Part shown: one piece after another, positions 47,730-56,855 of the stretch
How positions within the stretch are numbered: position 1 is the first letter of the stretch
Layout of the letters: every line of letters starts with the position of its first letter
From: Patescibacteria group bacterium
GTDB taxonomy: Bacteria; Patescibacteriota; Dojkabacteria; J137
DNA length: 64,000 nt
Assembly: GCA_016861265.1 (NCBI GenBank)
Contig: BOLA01000001.1
Span: forward strand, 395,569 to 459,568
Direction: 5' to 3'
Position numbers and translations under genes: made by a program
The notes under the pieces: model-generated
Databases searched by the model: none
What the model was told of the DNA's origin: nothing
The model's input: the letters and a program-made list of their open reading frames with translations, nothing else

Positions 47730-49028
47730 CTATTTTTTGTCTAAACTAAAGTTTAAACTTTGTTTCTTAAACACACCTACTAACCACTTGTGACTTCTCT
47801 GCTCATGATCAATCTTGACAACACTTAATCCTGCAGCCTTTGCTCTTGCCTCTAATTCTTCCACACTAAATAAGTGATAGAATCTTTCCATTTCTGAATA
47901 TTTCTTTTTTTCCTTTTCGTATATTTCACCTTGACCTTCCCTTACAATTACATACAAGACTCCATTTTCAACTAACGAATCACTTATCTTCTTAAACACA
48001 TCTGGTAAATGCTCTTCGGGAATATGATGCAACATATCTCTAGACCAAATTCCTTTATATTTATTCTTTGGCAAATCATAACTAATAATATCTGCGTTTA
48101 TTATTTCAGCATTTGGGTTTTCAAAGCTTGCCATATCAGCAAACTTTTTAACAATTTCTAATCCCGTAACTGAATATTTTTCTGAAAGGACTTTAGTGTC
48201 CGATCCCGGACCGCAGCCCAAATCTAGAACTTGTGCAGGCGGATTTACCAAGGAAATAAACTCATCGAGTTGATCTTGAGCAACATTTTTACCAACATTC
48301 GCTGAATGATATTCAGCCGCAACTTTCTTATAAGTTTCTAATGTTACCTTTACCTTCGGATTAATTACAAATCCAGACTCATCACCTACTCTTGGCTTAA
48401 GGTCTAATTTCTGATACATTTCTTCGAATGATTGTACAAGAGCAAGAACCTGTTCAGGTGTTGTTGCTCTTTTTAGAACTGCCATTTCTACTTCATCAAT
48501 ATACATGGCCTTTTGAAATGATAATATTAAATCATCCCAAAAATCTCCATATAAAATGACAGGTTTATGACTTCCATAATACAATTTTGCTAAGCACCAA
48601 ACCATCCCAAATTCTGAAACCGTTCCGGTTCCACCCTTGCAAACTACAAAAACATCACCCTTTTCTATTAATCCCAATGTTCTCATTACATAATTTGAAT
48701 ATGTTTCGGCTTCATCTGTTAAATTAGCTGTGTTTTTACCTTCAAAGTGAGACGCCAATTTAGGTTCCCAATAAATGGCAATTGTTCTTCCATCTGCTTC
48801 CTGTGCCCCACTTGTTGCAGCTTGCATTATACCGGGACCGCCTCCATCAACAATTGTAAAACCATTTGTTGCCAATAGTTTTGCAGTTGCCTTTACATTT
48901 TCATAAATTGGATCACCTTCTGGTATAGCTGAATCTCCAAAGAAAGTAACATTATTTATTAGCCTACCCTGGTTTTTATTAAGTTCATTATCCGAACCTC
49001 CGTCTTTTTTTAATTCAATATCGAGCAT
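47730..49028 (-). CDS. fusion protein: N-terminal LOG-family (TIGR00730 Rossmann, lysine-decarboxylase-like) domain + C-terminal class I SAM-dependent methyltransferase
   Basis: The N-terminal half carries GGGPGIMQAATSGA...VVCKGGTGTVSEFGMVW, the LOG family signature. The C-terminal half carries VLDLGCGPGSDT (SAM motif I) and a downstream methyltransferase fold. Confidence 0.65.
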   Translation of the reverse strand: MLDIELKKDGGSDNELNKNQGRLINNVTFFGDSAIPEGDPIYENVKATAKLLATNGFTIVDGGGPGIMQAATSGAQEADGRTIAIYWEPKLASHFEGKNTANLTDEAETYSNYVMRTLGLIEKGDVFVVCKGGTGTVSEFGMVWCLAKLYYGSHKPVILYGDFWDDLILSFQKAMYIDEVEMAVLKRATTPEQVLALVQSFEEMYQKLDLKPRVGDESGFVINPKVKVTLETYKKVAAEYHSANVGKNVAQDQLDEFISLVNPPAQVLDLGCGPGSDTKVLSEKYSVTGLEIVKKFADMASFENPNAEIINADIISYDLPKNKYKGIWSRDMLHHIPEEHLPDVFKKISDSLVENGVLYVIVREGQGEIYEKEKKKYSEMERFYHLFSVEELEARAKAAGLSVVKIDHEQRSHKWLVGVFKKQSLNFSLDKK

Positions 49029-49037
49029 ATAAGATTT

Positions 49038-49682
49038 TTAAAATTTACTTTCAAGCACTTCCTCAAGCATTCTATACGATTCTCTTACGTTTTGCGATTT
49101 TTGTAAGTAAGAACCAACACTTAATCTATCTACGGAGGAATTCTTTACTTTATCGACAGTGTCTAAGTTAATTCCGCCATCTAAACTAATTTTGCCAAAG
49201 TACCCAAGCCTGGTAAGCGCTTCAACTCTATCTAGAACTTCTTCCTTAAATGGATTGCCCTGCCTGCCTGTTTCAATGCTCATTAATTGGACCTCCTCGA
49301 ATTGCCTGTAAAATTCAAGAGTCATTAGTGGACTATCTAATTTTACAGCCACACACTTAATCCAATTTTGCGGCCATTCAAAGTAGTTTAGAAATTCAAG
49401 TTCACTTTCTTGATGCAAATAAATTCTGAGAGCTTTTTCTTTAGCATTTGAATTCATCAAAAATTCAAGGTCCCTAATTGGATCATTAACCATAAAATGA
49501 AATCCAATAGAATAATGGTCAAAGTCTATTAAATTCATAATATCTATTAATTGCAAGGTTGTATTCTCTACAAAGGGTGGTCTTGAAATATCAATATCAA
49601 CAGTTTGAGTAAACTCAAATTCTTTGATAAGTTTAGAAAATATATTAATATCAGAAGTTAAAATTGCTGGTGTTATTTGCAT
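49038..49682 (-). CDS. ribulose-phosphate 3-epimerase-like protein (divergent)
   Basis: N-terminus MQITPAILTSD (compare Rpe IAPSILSADF) and C-terminus LDGGINLDTV...SVGSYL (compare VDGG.N...AGAD..V.GSAIF). 214 aa. Confidence 0.5.
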   Translation of the reverse strand: MQITPAILTSDINIFSKLIKEFEFTQTVDIDISRPPFVENTTLQLIDIMNLIDFDHYSIGFHFMVNDPIRDLEFLMNSNAKEKALRIYLHQESELEFLNYFEWPQNWIKCVAVKLDSPLMTLEFYRQFEEVQLMSIETGRQGNPFKEEVLDRVEALTRLGYFGKISLDGGINLDTVDKVKNSSVDRLSVGSYLQKSQNVRESYRMLEEVLESKF

Positions 49683-49748
49683 ATTAAGAGTATAAAAAAA
49701 GTCCTAAAGATAGTTTACTTTAGGACTTTAAATTTTTACAAATTATTA

Positions 49749-50465
49749 TTATCTAATAGACATTTCTCCATACTTTACTATAACGTTTCCATCGCCTCTA
49801 TATAATACTATTTTGTTTGCTCTGCTAAATGTTGCGACTACATCATTCTCTTTAGCCTCTGAGTAAAAATCAGGATTCGAGGTTTTTAGATCTTGCAATT
49901 CAGTAGTAATAATTCTTAACTGTGGACTCTCATCGTCGTCGTTAGGAATAATTCCAGATTCTTTGACCTTAGCGATTAAGTTCTTCACTAATGTTTCTTG
50001 ATTACTGTTTAATATCTGTGCAGGAGTCGCACCTTCGTAAATGATTCTATTCTCTGAGTCTCTAAAAATAATCATTTTATTAGAGTAAACCACAACGTAG
50101 TCACCATCTTTTGCATCCTTATAGACTTGAGCTTGGATCTCGTTATCTTTTCTTAATGTTTCGGCATCTGGAAGTAAGGTGTTATCGCCTACGGTTCCAA
50201 TTGCAGTAGGAATTTCACCTCCAGGAACTACAGTTAGTTTAGAAATCTTATTTACTATTTGAACAGAATTTAACTGTGTTAAAACGTTTAGTGGGTTAAT
50301 CAAAAAGTACAGAATTACGAGTTGAAACACCACGATTAGTAACATTAGAAATTTTACAGAAGTTAATGCTCTTAAAGTATCTCTACTAAAAAATCTTTTA
50401 GGACTAATTCCTCTTTTAGCTTCACCGTCTTTTGAAAGAGAGGAAAATGTCATTATTGGTTGCAC
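49749..50465 (-). CDS. membrane-anchored hypothetical protein
   Basis: Single N-proximal TM helix. No motif. Confidence 0.4.
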   Translation of the reverse strand: MQPIMTFSSLSKDGEAKRGISPKRFFSRDTLRALTSVKFLMLLIVVFQLVILYFLINPLNVLTQLNSVQIVNKISKLTVVPGGEIPTAIGTVGDNTLLPDAETLRKDNEIQAQVYKDAKDGDYVVVYSNKMIIFRDSENRIIYEGATPAQILNSNQETLVKNLIAKVKESGIIPNDDDESPQLRIITTELQDLKTSNPDFYSEAKENDVVATFSRANKIVLYRGDGNVIVKYGEMSIR

Positions 50466-50600
50466 ATGAGAATGATTAAATAAGTACGTAACAAATAATA
50501 CATTAAAAATATTCCTCAGACTAGTTATTTACAGGAAATACATTAACAATTTTATTTGTTAACGGTCTATAAATAATTACCTTATCTTTATACACAAGCA

Positions 50601-52325
50601 TTAAGTCACTGTTGCATATAAATACTTTCCCTCAACTTTAACTGCAATTGGTTTTTCCCCTGCTCCTAGGCTAATAGTACCTGCTGCAGATGGGCTATTC
50701 ACATCAGAAATATTTTCAATTTCAATTGACATTGGAGATTCAGAAGCTATATAAGCATAATTACCTTTAACGTCTAACCCCCTTGGATAACCTGTTAAAG
50801 TATAGGTTGTTATAACTGAAGGGCTGGCTGGATTCGATGTATCTACGATTGACAATGTTTTATCGGTCAGACTAGTGACAAAGGCATATTTCCCTTGCAC
50901 ATCAACTCCCCATGCTGTACTTGTGCCTACGGCTACAGATCCCGCAACACTAGCAATACCTGTAGCAGAAATAATATTTTTAATATTTCCTACTACATCT
51001 AACTTTGCGCTCGGCGTACTTGTACCTATACCTACATTCGCATTAACAAAATTAACTTCATCAGTTGATTGATCATCAAATTCAATTCTCCCTGCAGCAG
51101 AACCTAACCCAATCCATTTATCATCCACCACCGTAAGGTTACTATTAGTAGTAAGGGTAGTTGCACTACTTCTATATAAAGTTGCATCCCCTCCCAATAA
51201 TAAACCTCCATTTGAACCAGTTACCGACAATTGCAATTGTCCCGCGTTTGTTAATACACCTCTAGATGAACCTGCAACTTGAAATTCAAATAAATTCGGA
51301 GTACCGGTTCCATTTTCATTTACTATTAGCAACGGATTTGTTGCAGCTGTCGCTGTACTTATTAAATTAATTAAACTATTTGTACTGGTGGTTGTTTGGG
51401 CTGCAGCTGGTGCAAAACTCACACAGGTAGAACAAGACCCTGCAAGCAAATCAATTGTTGAAGATGCCGATCTAAAATTTAAGCTTGTTCCATTCCACCA
51501 CAAGTCTCCACTGTTTGGAGAAGATGGATTGGTACCTCCACTACTAACTAGTCGCAATGAAGATTGAGCCGTTGTGGCTACTGCAACGTTTAAAAACGCG
51601 GTGTTCGTTGTTGTTCCAGCTAATACGTTGCCATCGAATCTATTTATGCCTGCATCACTCCAAATTGCATAAGTATCTGCACCTTCTACATAAAGACCAT
51701 AATCGTTTGTTCCACCAGTTGTGTTCGCCAGGAAAATGCCGTAATTATCACCTATCGTGCCGCCGCCAGAATTAATACTTGATACGTGTATTCCATAGGC
51801 AGTAGTAACCGTTGCTGTACTTAGCTGTTGAATTGCAAACCTTCCTCCATAGGCAGTTGTTATTGTTCCAGCTGATTGAAATTGAATATATCCATCAACT
51901 GCCCGGGCTTGATTTACGGTGTTTCCAGTACCGGGATTAATTTGCAGATTACTTAATACACCGCCTGTAACTCCGGTCATATTTCCTGTCTGAGTTATCT
52001 TACCCAATAAGGCTTGGTAGCCAGTACCACCACTATAAGTCCTCTCCGTTCTAAAACCTATAGTATCAGATGCCGCTGTATCTCCAACCGCAATCGATCC
52101 GCTATTTTTAAGAGTAAATTTATTAACCCCACCTACTTGAATATTTATTAAATCAGGAGAACCACTGCCGTTTTCGTTTACTAATATTAAAGGGTTAGTT
52201 GCACTTGTAGCAGTTGACTCAAGATTAATGAGGCTGCTCGTGCTTGTTGTAGTTTGAGTTGCACTTGGCGCTAACTGTACAAAACCAGTAGCTCCAATTC
52301 TGTGCAACGAATGCACTCGGAACAC
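50601..52325 (-). CDS. repeat-rich surface protein fragment (tail-fibre-like GIGT motif, internal duplication, C-terminal LVIVD-like repeats); probably the 3' part of a frameshifted gene
   Basis: It contains NANVGIGTSTPSAKLDVVGN. It has duplicated segments of about 55 aa (ATQTTTSTSSLINL... and AAQTTTSTNSLINL...). The C-terminus has KYAFVTSL..LSIVDTSNPASP and NYAYIASE..., which look like LVIVD repeats. The last repeat is cut short. Confidence 0.5.
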   Translation of the reverse strand: MFRVHSLHRIGATGFVQLAPSATQTTTSTSSLINLESTATSATNPLILVNENGSGSPDLINIQVGGVNKFTLKNSGSIAVGDTAASDTIGFRTERTYSGGTGYQALLGKITQTGNMTGVTGGVLSNLQINPGTGNTVNQARAVDGYIQFQSAGTITTAYGGRFAIQQLSTATVTTAYGIHVSSINSGGGTIGDNYGIFLANTTGGTNDYGLYVEGADTYAIWSDAGINRFDGNVLAGTTTNTAFLNVAVATTAQSSLRLVSSGGTNPSSPNSGDLWWNGTSLNFRSASSTIDLLAGSCSTCVSFAPAAAQTTTSTNSLINLISTATAATNPLLIVNENGTGTPNLFEFQVAGSSRGVLTNAGQLQLSVTGSNGGLLLGGDATLYRSSATTLTTNSNLTVVDDKWIGLGSAAGRIEFDDQSTDEVNFVNANVGIGTSTPSAKLDVVGNIKNIISATGIASVAGSVAVGTSTAWGVDVQGKYAFVTSLTDKTLSIVDTSNPASPSVITTYTLTGYPRGLDVKGNYAYIASESPMSIEIENISDVNSPSAAGTISLGAGEKPIAVKVEGKYLYATVT

Positions 52326-52884
52326 TCTTCAATCCTGTCCTAGTGAATAATTCAGAAAAACTACCTAGGGATCCGCTCGTATCGGATGGTGCAAAACCAA
52401 CTTCAATATATAAATCTGCCCTATCAAAATTAACACCAGGGTTCGAGTCACTGTCACTATCATCAACTACGGTACAAGTTCCTACTGTGGTACCCCATTG
52501 ACTATTACCAGATACAGTACTTCCACAACTATTTATTACTAAATTAAAAGTACCATTAGTGTCTCCAATCTCAACGTCTTGAAATGTTTGTGTAAACATT
52601 AAATTCCCAGAACCGGGTGTAGTGCTTGTGTTGGTAGCATGGTTCCATATTCTTATTTGAAAGTCGCAAGTATCGGCACCAGACTTAACGCAAGCCGGTG
52701 TTCCGTTTGTAATATTAAGACCGGTAACTTTATCAACAATTTTACTTTGAAAATTTATTGTATTATTTATAGCAGCTTTGACAGAATTTAACGACGAGGA
52801 AAAACCAACTAGACACAAGAACAAGAACCCAAATAGGAGGGCTAAAAATATGTTTTTTATATATAGGCTATAAATATGTCTCAA
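52225..52884 (-). CDS. N-terminal part (signal peptide) of the same disrupted surface protein gene
   Basis: Signal peptide/TM at the N-terminus. It overlaps the next ORF by 100 nt in another frame, so the two are probably one gene with a frameshift. Confidence 0.45.
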   Translation of the reverse strand: MRHIYSLYIKNIFLALLFGFLFLCLVGFSSSLNSVKAAINNTINFQSKIVDKVTGLNITNGTPACVKSGADTCDFQIRIWNHATNTSTTPGSGNLMFTQTFQDVEIGDTNGTFNLVINSCGSTVSGNSQWGTTVGTCTVVDDSDSDSNPGVNFDRADLYIEVGFAPSDTSGSLGSFSELFTRTGLKSVPSAFVAQNWSYWFCTVSAKCNSNYNKHEQPH

Positions 52885-53066
52885 ACTCGTAAAGGTACTA
52901 TCTATTCAACATATCATACTATCATAAAGAAATATCCCTCTCAAACGTCCTAAGTCTTTACTCATAATAAAAATCACTATGCTTACGGTAGTTTTACAAG
53001 ATATAAAAATTTAACCAATAAATTTTCTAAAAGTAAGAATTAAACAGTATAATTAGCCAGAATTTT

Positions 53067-54131
53067 ATGGAGATAATTAACGCAGAAGACAAAAAAATAA
53101 TTCAAAAAACATGTGAAGTTTTGAATAATGGCGGACTAATAGTCTACCCTACCGAAACTTCTTATGCTGTAGGAGTTGATGCCACTAACTCTGCTGCAGT
53201 TACAAAGTTACTCGAATATAAAAAAAGACCAGAAGGCCGAGCAATATCAGTTGCAGTTGCTAGTAAGGATCAAGCCGAAGAATTTGTAGAAATAAATTCT
53301 CAGGCCCAGAATTTCTATAAGAATTTTATGCCTGGCCCTGTAACAATAATATCAAACTCTAAGAACAAAGTTGATTATAGGTTAGAGGCAGAAAATGGAA
53401 CTCTAGGAATACGAATTCCCAACTATAAATTAATTCTAAATATTCTATCTGAATTTAAGAAGCCCGTTACCGCAACCCTAGCAAGTTTACCAGGAGCAAA
53501 GACTCCCTATTCGATAGACGACATTCTAAGCACTCTGCCCAATAAACAAAAAGACTTAATTGACTTGATTATTGACGGTGGTCAACTACCAAAGAATCCA
53601 CCTTCAACGGTGATCGATACAACTGCAAGTGAACTTACCGTACTAAGAACTGGAAGAATAGATCCACTAAAGACAGTGCTAACTAATACACTAGATAGCA
53701 GTTCCGAACAAGACACAATCGAAATTGGAAAGAGAATAATAAAGGACTTATACAATTCCCATAGCACTCTACTAATATTATTAAACGGAGAATTAGGTGC
53801 CGGGAAAACCCATTTAACAAAGGGATTTGCATTGGAACTTGGAATAAACCAAGTTATAAAATCGCCCACTTATAATTATGTAAATGAATATAAATTTGAA
53901 AATAATAAATTATTTCATATGGATGCCTGGAAGATTCAGAGTAAGGAAGATTTAAATGCTCTCGGATTCTATGAATGGTTCAAACTTGGGAATGTTGTTG
54001 TTGTGGAATGGCCTAGTGTAATAATGAACTTAGACGATCAATTCTTTGAGAATCAACAATACTTATTCATAGAATTTATTAACTATGAACAAAATAACAG
54101 AACTCTAAAAGTGTACTCCTATAAGCCCTAG
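53067..54131 (+). CDS. fusion of L-threonylcarbamoyladenylate synthase (TsaC/YrdC domain) and TsaE ATPase (t6A37 tRNA modification)
   Basis: The N-terminal part has IVYPTETSYAVGVD and KKRPEGRAISVAV (YrdC/Sua5 fold). The C-terminal part has LLNGELGAGKTHLTKGFA...KSPTYNYVNEY...HMDAWKI (TsaE P-loop family). Confidence 0.7.
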   Translation: MEIINAEDKKIIQKTCEVLNNGGLIVYPTETSYAVGVDATNSAAVTKLLEYKKRPEGRAISVAVASKDQAEEFVEINSQAQNFYKNFMPGPVTIISNSKNKVDYRLEAENGTLGIRIPNYKLILNILSEFKKPVTATLASLPGAKTPYSIDDILSTLPNKQKDLIDLIIDGGQLPKNPPSTVIDTTASELTVLRTGRIDPLKTVLTNTLDSSSEQDTIEIGKRIIKDLYNSHSTLLILLNGELGAGKTHLTKGFALELGINQVIKSPTYNYVNEYKFENNKLFHMDAWKIQSKEDLNALGFYEWFKLGNVVVVEWPSVIMNLDDQFFENQQYLFIEFINYEQNNRTLKVYSYKP

Positions 54132-54188
54132 CTGTTATTCAATTCTCAAGATTGGTACTTATGTTTATAATTAGTCGTTAATATATTA

Positions 54189-55064
54189 ATGACTAGTATG
54201 GCAATTACGAAAGCTATTATTACAGCAGCAGGTTACGGTACAAGGTTCTTACCGGCAACAAAGAATGTACCCAAAGAATTACTTCCAGTAATTAATACTC
54301 CAACAATTCACTATATTGTTCAGGATTGTATAAAAGCAGGAATCAAAGATATTATTATTGTTACTCGATTCGGAAATCATTCTGTAGAAGATTATTTCGA
54401 TACAACACCGGCTTTAGAAAGTTATTTAGAATCCAAAGGTAAGGTAAAGGAAGCTGAAGCAATTCATGAAATTTATTCCTCAGCCAATTTTATTTTTATT
54501 AGACAAGACCCTGATTTACCTTATGGAAATGCATCTCCGCTTTATTCTGCAAAGAGTTTAATACAGAAAGACGAATCGTTTATTTACGCATGGGGTGACG
54601 ACATAATACTGGGTGAAAATGCTGGGATTCAGGAAATTATTGAAGACTATAAAAATGAGTATGCCGATGTAATTCTAAACTGTACAAAGGTAGGTGAGGA
54701 TCAAATTACCAAACTTGGAATTGTTAAATTCAAGAACAATGAATCCACACAAATTGAACAAATAATTGAGAAACCTACTTTAGAGCAGGCACCAAGCGAT
54801 ATAGCATCGGTCTCGCCTTATTTATTTAACGCAAAAATTTTTGATTACCTAGATCCACTAACAGTTGAACCGGGAAAAGAATTTATGATTCAAAATGCAA
54901 TCGATGCTCTTTGTAAAGACGGCATTGTAAAAGCAAATGTAACAAAGGGAACATGGCTAACCACAGGCGATCCTTTAAACTATTTAAAAGCAACAGTAGA
55001 GATTGCTCTAAGCAGAGACGATCTTAGAGATGAGTTTATAAATTACTTAAAGACTAAAATTTAA
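54189..55064 (+). CDS. galU: UTP--glucose-1-phosphate uridylyltransferase
   Basis: N-terminus KAIITAAGYGTRFLPATKNVPKELLPVINTPTIHYIVQD matches the GalU signature. Confidence 0.8.
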   Translation: MTSMAITKAIITAAGYGTRFLPATKNVPKELLPVINTPTIHYIVQDCIKAGIKDIIIVTRFGNHSVEDYFDTTPALESYLESKGKVKEAEAIHEIYSSANFIFIRQDPDLPYGNASPLYSAKSLIQKDESFIYAWGDDIILGENAGIQEIIEDYKNEYADVILNCTKVGEDQITKLGIVKFKNNESTQIEQIIEKPTLEQAPSDIASVSPYLFNAKIFDYLDPLTVEPGKEFMIQNAIDALCKDGIVKANVTKGTWLTTGDPLNYLKATVEIALSRDDLRDEFINYLKTKI

Positions 55065-55070
55065 GTTGAT

Positions 55071-55097
55071 AAAGCGAAGCGCATAGCGCTTCGCTTT
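55071..55097. terminator. bidirectional intrinsic terminator
   Basis: Perfect hairpin aaagcgaagcgc-ata-gcgcttcgcttt between convergent genes. Confidence 0.7.
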
Positions 55098-56172
55098 ACA
55101 GAGCTTCATTAAAACCCTTATCCTTTATTTCATCTAAAATCTTTTTTATATCTCCCGTTCTATCTTTTGAACAAACCAATAAAGCGTCGGGAGTATCTAC
55201 AATAACAATATTATCGAGTCCGATTGCTGCTATAACCTTCTCGTTAGAACCTTTTAGTAGTGCATTTGAAGTATCTATATTTATTATTTTTCCATCCTTG
55301 TATACTTCACCTGGATTTACAAAATAACTATATAACGAATCCCATGTTCCAACATCAGTCCAATTAAATGGAGTAAGAATAATATAACCCTCTGCGAAAA
55401 CATGTTTCGTGACATCTTCTGTAGGTCCTTCCTGCATTTCGGAATAAATCTTATCTGTTAACTCTTTTTCGTTGTCTTTCCCAAAGGTTTCTTTAATTTT
55501 CATTAGTGATTCATACCAATCAGGCTTATATTTTTTATATGCATCCAACATTAAATCTGGATACCAACAATTATGGTTACAGTGAGTCGATACATTAAAC
55601 TTTTGTATTAGATCTTTTGTTTTAGAATAATCACCTAATCTATAAACAAATTCATCAACAGCGTAAATATCTAACCCATCGTCAGTTTCTAGTTTTTTAC
55701 CTAACTTAAGATAGTCACTCCCCATGTCTGGATTAATAGCTTTCTGACCTGCAGAAATAAACTTTCTATCTCTTTTTACAAGCATTTCAGCAGATTTAAT
55801 CATCTCTATAAATTTATCTTCAGGAGATCTTATACAGTCTGATTGAATTATCATGAAAGGCTCATCGGGATGGATTACAGAAAGTTTTAGAATTGCATAG
55901 CCTTCCCCAGGTCCTCTATTCTTCTTATACGGAGGTTCAATAATAATATTTCCCTTGGGAATTTCAGGAGAATCTTTTAATACTAATTCTAAATAAATCT
56001 CTTTAGTAGATATAAAAATATCTTCCGGTCTATAGGCTTTTAACAAAGTATCTATTTGGTAACGGAATAAAGTTTTTTCTCCTACAATATTTTGGAATTG
56101 TTTAGGTCTAGCTTCGCGGCTCATTGGCCAAAGTTTTGTTCCTTGACCCCCAGCAGTAATAATAAATTTCAT
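55096..56172 (-). CDS. mannose-1-phosphate guanylyltransferase-like nucleotidyltransferase
   Basis: N-terminus MKFIITAGGQGTKLWPMSREARPKQF matches ManC/CpsB-type enzymes (ILAGG.GTRLWPLSR..PKQF). Confidence 0.7.
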   Translation of the reverse strand: MKFIITAGGQGTKLWPMSREARPKQFQNIVGEKTLFRYQIDTLLKAYRPEDIFISTKEIYLELVLKDSPEIPKGNIIIEPPYKKNRGPGEGYAILKLSVIHPDEPFMIIQSDCIRSPEDKFIEMIKSAEMLVKRDRKFISAGQKAINPDMGSDYLKLGKKLETDDGLDIYAVDEFVYRLGDYSKTKDLIQKFNVSTHCNHNCWYPDLMLDAYKKYKPDWYESLMKIKETFGKDNEKELTDKIYSEMQEGPTEDVTKHVFAEGYIILTPFNWTDVGTWDSLYSYFVNPGEVYKDGKIINIDTSNALLKGSNEKVIAAIGLDNIVIVDTPDALLVCSKDRTGDIKKILDEIKDKGFNEAL

Positions 56173-56275
56173 CTTCTGACTGTAAGAAGTAGTGAAATTA
56201 TTATATCAGAAGAAATTTTTTGAATTAAAACTGTAAAGGTAGCAGCTAACAACAATTGTTTGTTATTAATTGCTA

Positions 56276-56298
56276 CCTTCGGAAAGCCGATCCGAAGG
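56276..56298 (-). terminator. GC-rich hairpin terminator of islet-2 gene A
   Basis: ccttcgga-aagccga-tccgaagg, 17 nt downstream (minus sense) of the stop at 56315. Confidence 0.5.
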
Positions 56299-56314
56299 TG
56301 CCGTTCACGAAGAA

Positions 56315-56785
56315 CTAGCGCTGGGTAAAGATCACGCTGTGGTGGTCGCCGATCCCTGCGGTTGCCACAATGGGCAAACCGTTAAAGGTGGCAAACACGC
56401 CGTAGGCTTTACCCTTAAGAACCATTTGATCACCAACAAACCATCCGACACGCTGGAAGGTTGACCCTCCCGCAGCTGCGGTTGTGTATGTTCCGAATTC
56501 GCTTCCGCGAACCGAGTAGTTTTGTCCGTCAATGGTAACCCAGCCAGCATTAGCTAACTGGTTTGCGACCATTGCGGTTCCAAATCCTTTGGAACCGCAA
56601 TGAATCCCGGCGACCATCAGAACAATTATGAATACAAGGTAGACCATTCCATCGTGCCGTCCGGCAAACTTTCCCAGAATCAGAACGAGAATAGTACCAA
56701 TTCCCAATGTCGCCGCCACTGCAGCATACTCCAGACCGAGAAACATGAATGCTCCCGCTGTGAGTGCTGCAACCAGAACGAACAA
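56315..56785 (-). CDS. membrane-anchored hypothetical protein (156 aa in ORF-track frame) in GC-rich islet 2; start ambiguous / possible frameshift
   Basis: GC-rich codons of about 50% GC. Two N-terminal TM helices, then a Gly/Ala/Thr-rich domain. The track start is TTG. An SD-led ATG (AGGAG-N8-ATG at 56817) opens a 45-aa ORF in a neighbouring frame that overlaps this gene's start. Confidence 0.5.
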   Translation of the reverse strand: MFVLVAALTAGAFMFLGLEYAAVAATLGIGTILVLILGKFAGRHDGMVYLVFIIVLMVAGIHCGSKGFGTAMVANQLANAGWVTIDGQNYSVRGSEFGTYTTAAAGGSTFQRVGWFVGDQMVLKGKAYGVFATFNGLPIVATAGIGDHHSVIFTQR

Positions 56786-56855
56786 AACGCAACGAATCTC
56801 TTACCTGTGCTGCTCATTGCCTGTACTCCTGTGATCAATTAATCCTAGATCGTAT

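Noticed and set aside
47488-47793. 101-aa ORF from the six-frame track (MQKEKLLQRENQLQKK...)
   Set aside because: It is in the same repeat DNA as the Lys/Ala-rich ORF but in another frame. It reads straight through a strong intrinsic terminator (47681-47708) and into the antisense of the LOG-MTase gene. The frame starting at 47481, which ends before the terminator, is more plausible.
56332-56842. Alternative-frame ORFs in islet 2 (56332..56550, 56550..56792 on minus; 56270..56464 and 56600..56842 on plus)
   Set aside because: GC-rich DNA produces long spurious ORFs in several frames. These lack SD sequences and encode Cys/Arg/Gly-rich low-complexity strings. The hydrophobic 156-aa frame with GC3-consistent codons is the credible one.
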